A DNA stretch of 51,385 nt from Catajapyx aquilonaris (Eukaryota), in the NCBI GenBank assembly GCA_000934665.2, contig JYFJ02002767.1, positions 1-51,385 of the forward strand, given 5' to 3'. The position numbers and the translations under genes were made by a program. Position 1 is the first letter of the stretch. The number at the start of each line of letters is the position of its first letter. The notes under the pieces are model-generated. The model searched no databases. It was not told where the DNA came from and was given only the letters and a program-made list of their open reading frames with translations. Below are positions 1 to 12,391 of the stretch, in pieces.

Positions 1-5
1 TAATG

Positions 6-352
6 GGGGAGGTGTAGATGGCAGAGATGGTAACGTCTCCGCTTGCTGAGTGAAAGGCCCGAGGTTCGATCCCCGCCTGGGGAGTTTTCCTTTCACCTGC
101 GTCAGGAGGGTCTCTGACCTGCACCTTGGACGTGTCTGGCAACCTAACCTCCTGGGGAACAGCACATGACCCCTTTACCAACATTGCACTTGCACCCATG
201 TTCCTCCCCAAAAATCCCTATATCCTTTCTCAATGTCCCTGTTTCCTTGCACCGGAGAATGAAGTAGAAAAATATATAGAAAACTGATGGTGGTGTGCCA
301 CCCCCCATAGATCCCGTAAGGGACATCACGGGGTATTTCTAATAATAATAAC

Positions 353-413
<61 letters not shown>

Positions 414-445
414 GTAATAATAATAATAATAATAGTAGCAGTAAT
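6..445 (+). mobile_element. tRNA-derived SINE family A, copy 1, with (TAA)n tail
   Basis: A-box-like TGGCAGAGATGG and B box GGTTCGATCC; body similar to 12392-12734 and head similar to 5320-5412; ends in a long (TAA)n tract. Confidence 0.85.
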
Positions 446-1237
446 TTTTATTGCGCCTTTGGGCGATTTGCCCTTTCGGCGGACAAAAAAATATGCTTAG
501 CTAAATTAATCAAAAGTTGCTACATGGCAGTTACAATTTCCAAAGGCAGACAAATCAAGCTCTAATTTCAGATTCAGATATCCAAAAAAAAATAGTCCGC
601 GTAATTGAACCATGGAATCGGAAAACCAGGCGATGTCCACCCGAAAATGACTTGGCACTAATGCACTTGTTGCTCTGACCCTCGCTGTACGCCAAACGAA
701 GCGTCGCAGGCGCACCAAACTCGGGTGGTAGGTGCGCCTGGCGAATCCATGACGATACAAGATGTCACGAATCCGATACGGGTAACGCGTGACGAATGGG
801 AGCGGTGTCCTTGACCCCCCACCCACTGGACACACCTGTGGACATCACCTTGTTTTCCGATTCCATGGCGAGTTCGAGGCCACGTTGACTCAAATCACAT
901 TGATTGTCGCACCTGGATCAAACAAACATGATATTTTTCTTGCGGCGAATGCGTACCTATCCCAGGTGACATGAAACCGATAGCACAAAAGAGTCAAATG
1001 CGACACTGGTTTTTCTCACCCCCCTCCCGTTTTTGACTTCCGATTCCTGTGCAAGTTGGAGGCCACGTTGACCCCTCTGCAGGTCACAGTGATTGTCGCA
1101 CCTGAACCAAACCGAAATGGCATTTTTCTAGCGGCGAATGTGAACCTATTCCCGGTGTCACGAAACCGATAGCACAGACGAGTCAAATGCGACACTGGTT
1201 TATCTGATCCCCCTCCCGGGTTTTGATGTCGCCTATA

Positions 1238-1531
1238 TAATAATTCATTTTTTTTTCATACCCCGTTATCAGCCTATCGGCTCTTTAGGGGGGAAGTTTT
1301 GTTTTGCCTGGAACTCTTTGCTTTCATTTTACTGCGCTTTTTTGGGATAGGATAGGGACGGAAGGAAGCGGCTGTGGCCCATTAATTACGGAAGCAACTC
1401 CGGAATTTCCCTGGAAGGACCGTGGGAAACCACAGAAAACCACGGTCAGAGTTGCCGGCCCCGGGATTCTAACCCAGGACCTCCCGATTAGCAGTCGAAC
1501 GCCTTATCCACTATGCCAACCTGCTTCGGTA
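1238..1531 (-). mobile_element. tRNA-derived SINE family B inserted in the left palindrome arm
   Basis: 13-bp TSD GATGTCGCCTATA (1225-1237, 1532-1544); the mirror arm has the empty site at about 2982-2994; A/B boxes on the minus strand; homologous to 10866-11146 and 15881-16183. Confidence 0.92.
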
Positions 1532-2321
1532 GATGTCGCCTATAGTACCGGTACAGTAGATTATACTTTGTGTAGGTATGCGTACACAACATGCACGTCT
1601 ACGTACTGTACACAGCCGGTTGGCGACACCATTAGCAACATGTAGCAGCATATGTTGCACATTGTAGCCTACGTAATTATGCGATATCTGATGCGGCTTG
1701 GGTATAAAAAGATACTTTTATTGATGATTATGCAAAAAAATACTCGTAGATCACAAATACTGACGCTACGAATCCTACAATCATTTTGATTTCACGTAAA
1801 AATGTTACAGAGCATAACATAAACACACTTCTAAGTACATGTCATCTCTATACTCTGCCTGATGACTGCTGGCTGATTCCAAAACATTCAGGGTGGTCAC
1901 GAATTCTTCTGCCAATATGATACAGGTGGTAGGGGTGAGTATGGAAGAGGCATGGCATGAGTCGGAAAGACTGGCGACAATCCGTTTTGGAGATGTCATC
2001 GTCATTGACATCGACAATGTCTATCCTGACAAGTATGGATACCCCAGTGCATATCTGCATTGCTAGTTGCAGGGGTCAGGCGCTCGCACTACCGGACCGT
2101 TGCTCAACCGTACTTGTCAGAATAGACATTGTCGATGTCAATGACGATGACATCTCCAAAACGGATTGTCGCCGGTCTTTCCGACTCATGCCATGCCTCT
2201 TCCATACTCACCCCTACCACCTGTATCATATTGGCAGAAGAATTCATGACCACCTGGTATGTTTTGGAATCAGCCAGCAGTCATCAGGCAGAGTATAGAG
2301 ATGACATGTACTTGGAAGTGT

Positions 2322-2682
2322 GGGGGTTCACACTAGCTGACGGTGGCATAAGAAACGAACAAAACGGTGCCGCGGACCAATCGGAGCCCACTTGCGGATG
2401 ACGGTTGGTGACGGGAATTACGAAACGGAAAATACGAAAAGAATCAACTTTTTACGGTAGTCCGGTCCGTTGCTTTTGTATCCACCAATGGGGAAGCAGG
2501 AAAGCCGGCCGGGGTGGTGGCGGGCTAGTGGGGGCAGCGCCTCTGGCGGAGGCAGACGAAGGACCCCGCTGCTTTCCTGCCTCTCCCATTAGTGGAAACG
2601 GAAGGGAAGGTCGGTAGCTCCAATATGTCCGGGGTACCATTTGTTCATTTCGTATGCTACCGTCAGCTAGTGTGAACCCAGC
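2322..2682. mobile_element. PIF/Harbinger-like MITE inserted in the right palindrome arm
   Basis: TIRs GGGTTCACACTAGCTGACGGT / ACCGTCAGCTAGTGTGAACCC; absent from the left arm. Confidence 0.75.
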
Positions 2683-3593
2683 TTTATGCTCTAACATATT
2701 TACGTGAAATCAAAATGATCGTAGCGTCAATATTTGTGATCTACGAGTTGTTTTTTTTTGTTGCATAATCGTCAATAAAAGTAGCTGAACCTCTGTATGT
2801 GTCGTGTGGAACCACTTTTTATACCCAAGCCGCATCAGATATCGCATAATTACGTAGGCTACAATGTGCAACATATGCTGCTACATGTTGCTAATGGTGT
2901 CGCCAACCGGCTGTGTACAGTACGTAGACGTGCATGTTGTGTACACATACCTACACAAAGTATAATCTACTGTACCGGTACTATAGGCGACATCAAAACC
3001 CGGGAGGGGGATCAGATAAACCAGTGTCGCATTTGACTCGTCTGTGCTATCGGTTTCGTGACACCGGGAATAGGTTCGCATTCGCCGCTAGAAAAATGCC
3101 ATTTTGGTTTGGTTTAGGTGCGACAATAACTGTGACCTGCAGAGGGGTCAACTTGGCCTCCAACTCGCACAGGAATCGGAAGTCAAAAACGGGAGGGGGG
3201 TGAGGAAAACCAGTGTCGCATTTGACTCGTTTGTGCTATCGGTTTCATGTCACCTGGGATAGGTACGCATTCGCCGCAAGAAAAATATCATGTTTGTTTG
3301 ATCCAGGTGCGACAATCAATGTGATTTGCAGAGGAGTCAACGTGGCCTCGAACTCGCCATGGAATCGGAAAACAAGGCGATGTCCACAGGGGTTTCCAGA
3401 GTGGTCCAGAGGGTGGGGGGTCAAGGACACCGCTCCCATTCGTCACGCGTTACTTGTATCGGATTCGTGACATCTTGTATCGTCATGGATTCGCCAGGCG
3501 CACCTACCACCAGAGTTTGGTGCGCCTGCGACGCTCCGTTTGGCGTACAGCGAGGCTCAGAGCAACAAGTGCATATGTGCCAAGTCATTTTAA

Positions 3594-3747
3594 CCTCCTC
3601 GGACCTGATGTCCAATTAATTGGACATCAGCAAAAAAAAAAAAAGAAAAAAAAAAGAAAAAAAAGAAAAAAAAAAAAAGGTCAATTTCAGTTGACACCTT
3701 TTTATTTTTGCTGATGTCCAATATATTGGCCATCAGGTCTCAGGAGG
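3594..3747. mobile_element. piggyBac-like MITE
   Basis: TTAA on both sides (3590-3593, 3748-3751); TIRs CCTCCT..GACCTGATG..CAAT..ATTGGACATCAGC; absent from the mirror arm. Confidence 0.8.
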
Positions 3748-3934
3748 TTAAAGTGGACATCGCCTGGTTTTTCGATTCCATGGTTCAATTGTAGAACTTG
3801 TCTCTCTTATGAAAGGAAAGGTGCATGAAAAAAGTTCCGCACCTCTCAGGTGGAACATGAATCTTCCACATAACTAATTTAAGATTTCATTCCTAACACT
3901 AGCAAAATAATATGACGAACAATCATGAACTCAC

Positions 3935-4408
3935 CATATAATGCTGACAGTTCATGAATGTGCTTCTTCAAGTGTGATTTCATCTTTTGGCGAGCACGTC
4001 GTTCATTCCCAGGGCTGGAAATTCTCACCTGACACTCATTTGGGATCAAGCAGCATGTAAAGGTAAATATCTTACTAGCTTCACTGCCATGAGACTCAGC
4101 AAACATGTTCACCAAAGAACTTTCGGGTAAGGCACAAATCTGTCCCAGATTAAGTGTATTATTCTCACCACTCATATATGACGGGAGCAGCTGTAATGGA
4201 TACGTTATAATCAGTACAGGTTAAATAAAATAGCACTTTCTAATCTTACTTTTGTTGGCCTCCTGGTACCAGACTCTGGATGTGAGAGAAAAAGTGATGG
4301 GTCAGAATGCAAAGTTTGTGAGGCCACTTCAGCCAGCATTTGCAGAAGAAATGGCCCCACTGTCGGCCGCAGGGAAGCACATGCTGGCTTAGGAAAAAGG
4401 TCTCCCAT
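3935..4408 (-). CDS. First two coding exons of a putative atypical C2H2 zinc-finger protein; gene continues beyond position 1
   Basis: Exons 4408-4250 (ATG, MGDLFPKPAC...LLQMLAEVAS...RPTK) and 4190-3935 (LLPSY...FTCCLIPNEC...KSHLKKH...) join in phase 0 over a 59-nt GT-AG intron; next donor G|GTGAGT at 3935/3934; C-x5-C...H-x3-H pattern. Upstream acceptor gives exon start 4425, so the start codon is uncertain. Confidence 0.72.
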
Positions 4409-4789
4409 TGCTGTGGTAGACAATTCTGAAAGAAATAAGCACAAGTTATCATACTCAACCTATTTTTAAAAAAGAGTTCAACTTCACTTCAGTCATTTCA
4501 TACAGTTATGTGATCATCTGAGGGGTGTGGTGGAAAAACACGATAACCGCCATTTTTGTCATTTTTGAACTAAACACCTAGCAACTATGTAAAAAAAGAC
4601 TTGACAAACACTTTGGTATACTCAAAGTTCACGTATCATGCACGGGCTGGATGATAAGCGACTAGCCCTATTTTCTGGCACTTCCTCAAACGGAAAAACC
4701 GGATGAGAGACTATATTTTTATACCCTTCGCATTCTTCCATTTAATACAGGGTGTAACAAAGGTTTCTAGCTCAGCAGTCAATATTATA

Positions 4790-5297
4790 CGAGGGCAAGA
4801 CAAAACAAATTCGGACTGATTTTTTATGTGAAAAAGAGTTAGTTCATGACTTTTCTTGAGTGACATCATGCCCAGAAGGGCTAGAAGTATTAGATCACCA
4901 ATTTTTGTTCGAATATTCTGAAATCCCACACTGACACCGGAAGTAGGCCTTGGTTTATATTCGCCTCCGTTCTTCCAGGAGGTTGGCGGTGAGGGCCAAT
5001 ATTTGTGTTGAGGTTTTGCTTCTGTTTGAAAAAAACAGCCACAGAGGTGTACGACATGCTAAGATTGGGGATAGCACATACTGGTCACCACGTGAGGCCA
5101 CAAGACATTAAAACTCTGCACAAAGCTCCACCTGCATCTGCCTCTACCATGGAGTAAACAACCTGAGGACCCATTGCATGGTCAGTGCAAAGTTGCTTGG
5201 GCACTACCATGGGAAATACCACATATTCTGGCAAGGCCATCGACGGATATGCGGCGTTCTTCCTGAACAATCAATGCACAGGTGGTCTTAATGATGT
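4790..5297. mobile_element. Degenerate mariner transposon relic with internal inversion
   Basis: TA-CGAGGG terminus at about 4788; plus strand about 5015-5070 reads FCFCLKKTATEVYDMLR (mariner N-terminal HTH-like); minus strand 5297-5105 reads ALIVQEERRISVDGLARICGISHGS then QWVLRLFTP (WVPRLLT-like), with stops and frameshifts. Confidence 0.75.
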
Positions 5298-5319
5298 CCT
5301 ATATGTCAGAACTCTGTAG

Positions 5320-5412
5320 GAGAGGTGTGGTGGCCGTGATGGTAACGTCTCGACTTGCTGAGTGAAAGGCCCCAGGTTCGATCCCCGCCTGGGGAACTTT
5401 CCTTTCACCTGC
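5320..5412 (+). mobile_element. SINE family A, 3'-truncated head
   Basis: Matches the first about 90 nt of copies at 6 and 12392, including A and B boxes. Confidence 0.8.
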
Positions 5413-6056
5413 GTTTTTCAATCGCAGTGTTTGGCAATAATCTCTATTTAAACGGTATGTTAGAGCAGGGGGTTCCTCTGTCAAAGCAGGCTGACGATGG
5501 GATTGGTCATACACTCTACATTTTTTTAATGCACTGTGCAACAGAACTGACATATTCTCACAGCCTGTACACTCGCCCATTTTCATTGTAACATTATTTT
5601 AGTATGGTACAATATAAGAAGCATTCTAAAAAATTTGGCACGGATCAAAATTACGGAAATCGACCTCGGTTATTGAGGCAAGTCGGCATAGCCTACACCA
5701 CAAAAAAATAAATATTTTATGATTGTGAGAGCTTTGATCTCATTATTTTATGTGTTAAATATTTGAAAAATATTATATACAGATTTTTCTGTTAAAAATA
5801 TGGGTCTTTGTAAAAAACGGGAAAACCCCACATTTTCCTCTGAAAAAACGAAAGAGCAGAGTTCCCCCCCCCCTAATTAGTTTTTCCCTGGCCTTTACAA
5901 CACTAGCCCTAACCGTGGCAGTTTGGCCGAATCCGGGACAAATAGGAGTCCCAAATGACCCTTGAAAAAATCCGACACAAAGGGTGAAAATTCGTCCCTG
6001 TCCCATAAAATTCGGGATGTCTGGTCACCTTAGTACAGTTATGTTCGATTTGGAAT

Positions 6057-6642
6057 AAATTACTTACATCATCCACCACATACAAAATTTGCGCACGTGC
6101 AGTTTTATACCTTAAAATAGCGGATTTGAACTATAATTTTTGGGTCCTGGGGGGGGGCGGGGGGGGGGGGGGGGGGGGTGCTCGTTGGAAAGGCGTTGAG
6201 TCACTNCCCCCACCCCTCCCTACGCCGCTGATCCTGGTACTACAATAAGCCTGATGCACTTTTGCATAGTCATTTTGTATTAAATTTTGTTGGCTCATTT
6301 TGTAATGTCCGGGTCAAAAGGTGGAGTTACTTTGGCCTATACACCAGCTGCAGCGGTCTCAAACCACAACCCAGACCGTCCGACTGCGAGCAATGTGGTG
6401 TGGCTTCCGGAATATATTCTGGAACCCACACAATAGCTCACGGCCGCATGGCTTACAGACCATCCGGCTGACATATTCACAGTATACACCTTATGTGTTG
6501 CAATAAACCACCACCACCACCCCTGCCCCTGTCCCCCAACTTATGGAGTTATTTTCATAAATTACTTATATTATCCACCACATACAATATTTGCGCATGT
6601 GCATTTTTATACCTAAAATAGCGGATTTGAACTATATTTTTT
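6057..6642. repeat. About 85-bp direct repeat pair (6057-6141 and 6559-6642)
   Basis: AAATTACTTA.AT.ATCCACCACATACAA..TTTGCGCA.GTGCA...AAATAGCGGATTTGAACTATA occurs twice. Confidence 0.75.
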
Positions 6643-8110
6643 GGGGGCCTTTATAACCAAAACCTGTTATATCCGGATTCAACTGTAATAAGTACAATAC
6701 GTATTGTATAAGTACTGTACAATACTGCAGTGGCGTAACATTTGGCAAACAACAATATTATAATTTAATTATAATAATATGGCGAGTTGGGAAAGAAGGA
6801 ATGACGTTGCTAGGTAATGGCATTATGAACAAATGAAGTAATGACTGGAAAAATAAAGGGGAGAAAAAGCATAACTCCAGTCCTATACCAGGTGGAACTG
6901 TGAGGTTTTGAACATCAATCCGCACCTACCTGCTTCACATTCGGCCCTTTGAAGAAGAAACCGAATTAAGAATAGTTATTGAGAATAAAAATAAAGATGT
7001 ATTTCTTAGTTTTGAAAAGGAATTCAGTTTAGGTTAAATGGTAGGAATGCACTACACGACAGCAGGGATCTGTGTTCAAAATTTGGAAGCTCTACCTGCA
7101 ACAGAACTTGAGTTAGGGCGAATTTAAAAAACGTAATAACAAGAAGTTGGAAAAATTCATTGTTGGAAATTGTTGTACAGTCTTACTTAGGGGCTCCCAC
7201 CCCTAAAATCAGCCCTATGACACTCCTCGAATACGGTAGTGTAATAACTGTGTCACATTGTTTGCTAAGACACCATCTTGTTCGAGGTACAACTCCTGTG
7301 GTAGGTAGCGGGTAGTCTGCCACGATTGGCTGGATCTTTCTTTCCTTTATAGTGCACCTTGAAAAAGATGGCGGATAGCGAACAATGTAGCGCCGCCAGC
7401 GCCAAATTCCCAGCCTGGTAATTAAACTACCGTATCCATACAACTAGGGGGGAAGTGACATGGAGCTGCCTAAAATGCTTTCTATTGAGTCTACTGATTA
7501 CAATAATGCAATCAGTTGGAAAGTACCTGCTTCAAAATTATTGCTGCAGTGCAGACTGAGGATCCTAAGAATTCACATATAGTCATCCCCCCTTTTTGGT
7601 GACATTAGCGAGAAATCTATGAGGTATCAGGTAAACTGGATATTGTCTAGTAGGTCTATCACATCAATCCACATCAACTGGTACCCTGCAGGCTTCTCCC
7701 TTTGGCTTCAAAACAGGCAGGTGTATGTAAGTTACCTGAGAATCTTCAGCCTATATAGGTCAGGTCACAATCAACCATATATTCCAAAATGGCAGCACAT
7801 CAAGTCCAAGTGTATTGTTGTAAAGGCTAGTTAAAAAGCGAGTTACTTCCAATTCAGTTATCACCTGTGCGGTTTGGCCCAGAAGCAGAGTCCTCATGAA
7901 TGGCAACTGACTGCTGAGTGGTTGGACTTCTTTTCCCTTAATTTTTGCCCTTCTCAGAAGATATTATAGTTTCCATTTGATGTATTGTCACCAGACAGGT
8001 AGTTTGCTAAAATCTGGTAACTTCTGATTTTACTGACATGCCACTGAATACAGGGCAACACAGAATTTGAAATTTTTAAAATGTGAAGTAGGCTGATAAC
8101 ATTCATTCTA

Positions 8111-8690
8111 AAATACGCAGGCAAATCAGAAAGTAATTTACAACTTTCAAATCCTGAAGCTTCCCTGAAGAAACTGAAACTGACATAATTATGCATATGA
8201 AAGGGCAAGTCTTCTCTCATTTTAGACATAGTCACCATACACTTTGGTGTAATTGTCCCACCGGGACACTAGTTTTTCCATGCCACTGCATAAAAAAGGT
8301 TGGGCTGGCTGGGAAGGTAGAGGTGGATGGCCTCTTTCACATCATTATTGTAACTGAAGTGCTAACTGTCCAGGTGCCTCCTTATTGATACAAAATGATA
8401 GGTCTACCATCTCTTAGGACCAAAAAAGAAGCACTGGCTTGTCAAGACCCCAGCAACATGGCGGAAGTGAAACAGGCCATCAGCCAGTCTTCCCAGCCAG
8501 CCCAACACTTTAATCTGCAGTGGTATGGAAAAAACAAGTGTTCTGTGGGACAAGTGCACCAATGTGCATGGTGACTATCTCTAAAATTAGAGAAAGACTT
8601 GCCCTTCATATGTATGTCTGTTTCAGTTTCTGAGTAAACCTTCAGAATTTTAAAAGTTGTGAATTACTTTTTGATTTGCCCTCATATTTA
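8111..8690. mobile_element. MITE with long imperfect TIRs
   Basis: About 8120-8235 (GGCAAATCAGAAAGTAATT...AGGGCAAGTCTT...ATAGTCACC) is the reverse complement of about 8570-8680. Confidence 0.7.
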
Positions 8691-9135
8691 CCCTTAAAGC
8701 AACAAAATCAACCTCCACTACCCTGACACGAAAACCTTGCAAAAGTGCCCAAAACAGTCGCATGGTACAGTCCCGGTACTTTAACTTGGGAAGTAAAAAT
8801 CTGCACTGCCACATTCGAGCCATTTTTACATACTTCAGTGATGGTTCCTCATATTTTTTCCTCCCTACACAAATTCCTCAGAATTTACTATCCATAATTG
8901 AACAAAATGACCTCCAGGTTAAACCACACACACATTTTAAAAATACCAGTCACACCACTCCTGACCTTTGTCACCCCTCCCCCCCCNCCAGGCCCTACTT
9001 CAAAAATGGCTATGACTTGACACACTTTCACACCCATAACAAAATACACCTGAAACAAAAATCCACACCTCCAAACTCACCCAAACACCCACATCCGACC
9101 TAAAACGGCCCACCCCAACCTCAAAAACCAGTCAC

Positions 9136-9950
9136 CTCTAGAGTAAAGACAACCCAAAAAAAGGCTCCTAAAAAATGCCGCCTTTCATGACAATGGACGG
9201 ATAGGCGCCTCTTGTCTTCTATCAGTTCCCTCGGCTCCAAACCAGCTTGTATACACACCAGTCTGAGCACAATCCATTGCAGCCTCTGCATCCTCGCTGC
9301 CACCATCTATTTCTCGAGGTTTCATGTCGCACAACCAGAACTTCAGGGTTTTTCATGCAAGAGCGTCTGCTTGTTAGCGGTGCATTGCTACCATGTGCAC
9401 GCCGATTCGGGCCCTACGTCACGGCCTCAGGGATGCCATCTTGCCCAAGCGGGAGAAAGAAAGAAGCATGCTTAGAAATAGGGGTTCACAAAAGCGCGCC
9501 AGTTTGAGATCTGAATGGCGCTGAAGGGGCTTTCGTATTGTACAGTACTAGGAAGTGACAGCGTAGACCAAAATGTGTATTGATATGAAATAACACTGGT
9601 TATGTTGGAAACATTTTCACAAACGCAACTGTCGCTGGGATGTAATCAAATGGGTGCGACTGGGCCACACGATGTACCGGCGGGTTTGTCATGTTTCCAA
9701 CACTCTCCCAACGCCGCATGGAAATGATTTCTGCTACAGCACGACCCACTTTTCACTATTGTTTCTCTCATATTATAATTATCCTAATGAAAAACATTTG
9801 TCTAACACAAAATCTGAATATATCTGCCTAGCGTTAGTGGTGTGGACTTGGCGGGAAAATAACGACATCAATGCGCGATAAAGATGGCTCTTCCAGCAAA
9901 TTGCCCCGTGATTGGTCCTTCGTTCCCGCTCAATTGGCAGCCAATGAGGA
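9136..9950 (-). promoter_or_regulatory. Probable promoter and non-coding first exon of the zinc-finger gene
   Basis: CpG-rich patch; clustered CCAAT/ATTGG boxes at 9910-9945; YY1-like AAGATGG motifs; minus-strand donor GAG|GTGACT near 9136. The link to the acceptor at 4425 is inferred. Confidence 0.4.
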
Positions 9951-10133
9951 AGCGCTAATTGCAACAGGTTCGACGGTATTATATCGTAATTGAATTAGAA
10001 ACCTTGTTAGAAAGTCCAGTTCAAGTTGCACACAACGTTTGCATCTTGCATGTACGGTAAATGATACAGCACAACCATGATTGCTTGCATCGTACCTCTT
10101 AAAACTTGGGGGGCATGGTGGTCCTACATTATA

Positions 10134-10786
10134 CAGGGTGTAACAAGACCCAATGCATAAATTTTAAAGGTGGGTAGAGGACCCCAAAACAAACATTTTT
10201 GACCAATGAACCCACCCTCTAAAAAAATCACCCACCCTCTAAAAAATCATCAAATTTACTGAAATCGATAACTTGTTAGTACCTGTGGTACGGTAACAGT
10301 TATGTGGTTTTCTGCTACTCTATGGTAGCGTTGTCATGGTAGTGCCGACAAGTAATTGTCTGGTACAACACAACAAGTAAAAGTCTGGAAAATAAACAAT
10401 TCAGTGTTGTTCCAATCAACTCGGGAATCTCTTGTGCGTCGTTGTAGGCTGTGTGTACAAGTGGCTGGAGGACACTTGTAGCAGCTCCTTTGATTACAGT
10501 TTTGTGTTGGGTGCAATAAAGGTGGTGGTGAGTTTCATGTCAGCTTTCATTGATTTGTGGTGGTGATGACTTTTTACAGTACTGTACTAAATTGTCAACA
10601 CTATACCATGACAACGCTCCTGTTGAGTAGCAGCAACCCCATAACTGTTACTACAGGTACTAACCAGTTAGCAATTTCAGTAAATTTGCTGATTTTTTTA
10701 GAGGGTGGGTTCATTGGTCAAAAATGTTTGTTTTGGGGTCCCCTACCCACCTTTAAAATTTATGCATTGGGTCTTGTTACACCCTG
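10134..10786. mobile_element. Tc1/mariner-type MITE
   Basis: TA TSDs; long TIRs beginning CAGGGTGTAACAAGACCCAATGCATAAATTTTAAAGGTGGGTAG. Confidence 0.88.
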
Positions 10787-10817
10787 TATATTATTCTTAT
10801 TATTATTATTACCGGTA

Positions 10818-10860
<43 letters not shown>

Positions 10861-10865
10861 ATATA

Positions 10866-11146
10866 ATAATTCATACCCCGTTATCAGCCTTTTTCGGCTC
10901 TTTAGGGGGGAAGTTTGTTTTGCCTGGAACTCTCTGCTTTTCGTTTTACTGTGCTCTTTGGGATAGGATAGGGACGGAAGGAAGCAGCTGTGGCCTATTA
11001 ATTACGGAAGCAACTCCGGAATTTCCCTGGAAGGACCGTGGGATACCACAGAAAACCACGGTCAGAGTTGCCGGCCCCGGGATTTGATCCCAGGACCTCC
11101 CGATTAGCAGTCGGACACCATATCCCCTCCTCCAAACTGCTTCGGT
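10866..11146 (-). mobile_element. SINE family B copy
   Basis: Highly similar to 1238-1531; adjacent (TTA)n tract at 10790-10857. Confidence 0.88.
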
Positions 11147-11691
11147 ATAATATATATATCCATTTTGCCTGAAGACAGATGTCCCCTATGTATTGTTTGT
11201 CTGTAATTTCTTCTTGCAAGCCAGAAACCTTTATTTGTACTTGTGGCCCCAAGTTCCCGTAGATAAGGTGTACACATTGTTGGAAGACATACCAGAGCAT
11301 CGAGTGCACGAGTTATTTTTGTTTTTTCAGTTAGCAGTGAGAACCCTCAGATTCGCTGATATTACTCTCTAAATAGTTGAAATATGGATGTTAAGCTTGG
11401 GGTTCCATCTCTGTACCCGAATAGAGAAAATCGCAATGTCGTTCAGTGCGGCTCTAGAGTATAACACATGGAAGATAGTCCCGCCACTTGGCAAATACAC
11501 GGGTCTGGCCCCAATAAATGTATACAAGGTGCTGGTTTTGTTGAATAGTCTGACAGGTATATAAAGGTAATGATTGTAAATAGGTTGTGTAAGGACTTTA
11601 AGTTATATGTACAAGTGCTTCTCCCCTGCACAAGGGTGCTGTCCCCGCAGGTCAATAAAAATTATTATTATTCTTCTTCTTCTTCTTCTTC

Positions 11692-11743
<52 letters not shown>

Positions 11744-11745
<2 letters not shown>

Positions 11746-12300
11746 CCATTTTAAAAAAAATACTGGCCCCTGTGTTTGACTCTAAAATAACTTCCAGGAA
11801 AATGGTCCAAAGAAATAACGTTATACATCGTGAGAAAACTTGTTTAAATCTATGTAACGTATACCGGTATGCGAGTTGTTTATATACCTACCTTCATTGT
11901 GTAATTTTTTATCGCAACGGAAAGGTGTCATTTTTTGACTATAGTAAAAAAATGACACCTCTCAGTTTTCTTCTTGCGATAAAAAATTACACAATGAAGA
12001 TAGGTAAACAACTCGCATATATATGTTACATATATTTAAACAAGCTTTCTACCTATGTTGCTATGTATAACATTATTTTTTGTACCATTTTCCTGGGAGT
12101 TATTAAGGCTGGGTTGCACTGGCTCCCGGAAAATTTATCCGGTCGGAAAAGAGCCAGGATAGTTTGCTATTCATTGTTGTCAACAATGATGTCAACATAA
12201 CAAACTATCCTGACTCTTCTTCGGCCAGGCAAATTTTCCGGGAGTCGGTGCAACCCAGCCTTAGAGTCAAACACAGGGGCCAGTATTTTAAAAAATGGAT
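11744..12300. mobile_element. Nested MITE cluster: outer TIR pair enclosing two further TIR elements
   Basis: Outer ATCCATTTT...TACTGGCCCCTGTGTTTGACTCTAA / TTAGAGTCAAACACAGGGGCCAGTA...AAATGGAT; inner about 11785-12103 (AATAACT.CCAGGAAAATGGT TIR) and about 12106-12260 (GGCTGGGTTGCAC TIR, Harbinger-like). Confidence 0.8.
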
Positions 12301-12391
12301 AGTAGTGGCTATCTACTGGCCAGCCTAATAAGCGGAGTGAATGAATATAAATTATGTAAATTTGCTTAATGTCATATTAAATTACATTTGA

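Larger units (their letters stand above)
603..3790. repeat. Giant palindromic (foldback) element, arms about 1.1 kb after removing insertions
   Basis: 603-2036 is the reverse complement of 2111-3790 apart from three younger insertions; spacer about 74 nt; termini AATTGAACCATGG...CCATGGTTCAATT. Confidence 0.92.

Noticed and set aside
6..85. tRNA-like heads at 6, 1450-1531, 5320, 12392, 14611, 15881 and 28524 as real tRNA genes
   Set aside because: They are followed by shared non-tRNA bodies, simple-repeat tails and, in several cases, TSDs, so they are SINE heads.
506..3714. Many mirrored ORFs on both strands
   Set aside because: They are by-products of the palindrome and SINE; no recognisable protein motifs.
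6148..6220. Poly-G/poly-C runs as functional G-quadruplexes (also 16617-16640, 19682-19720)
   Set aside because: Homopolymer tracts in or near transposon remnants, some with N bases, so lengths are unreliable.
10557..12200. Long ORFs 10557-11087 and 11607-12200 (also 33088-33490)
   Set aside because: Kept open by (TTA)n/(TAG)n microsatellites and MITE/SINE sequence; poly-Leu/Ile artefacts.
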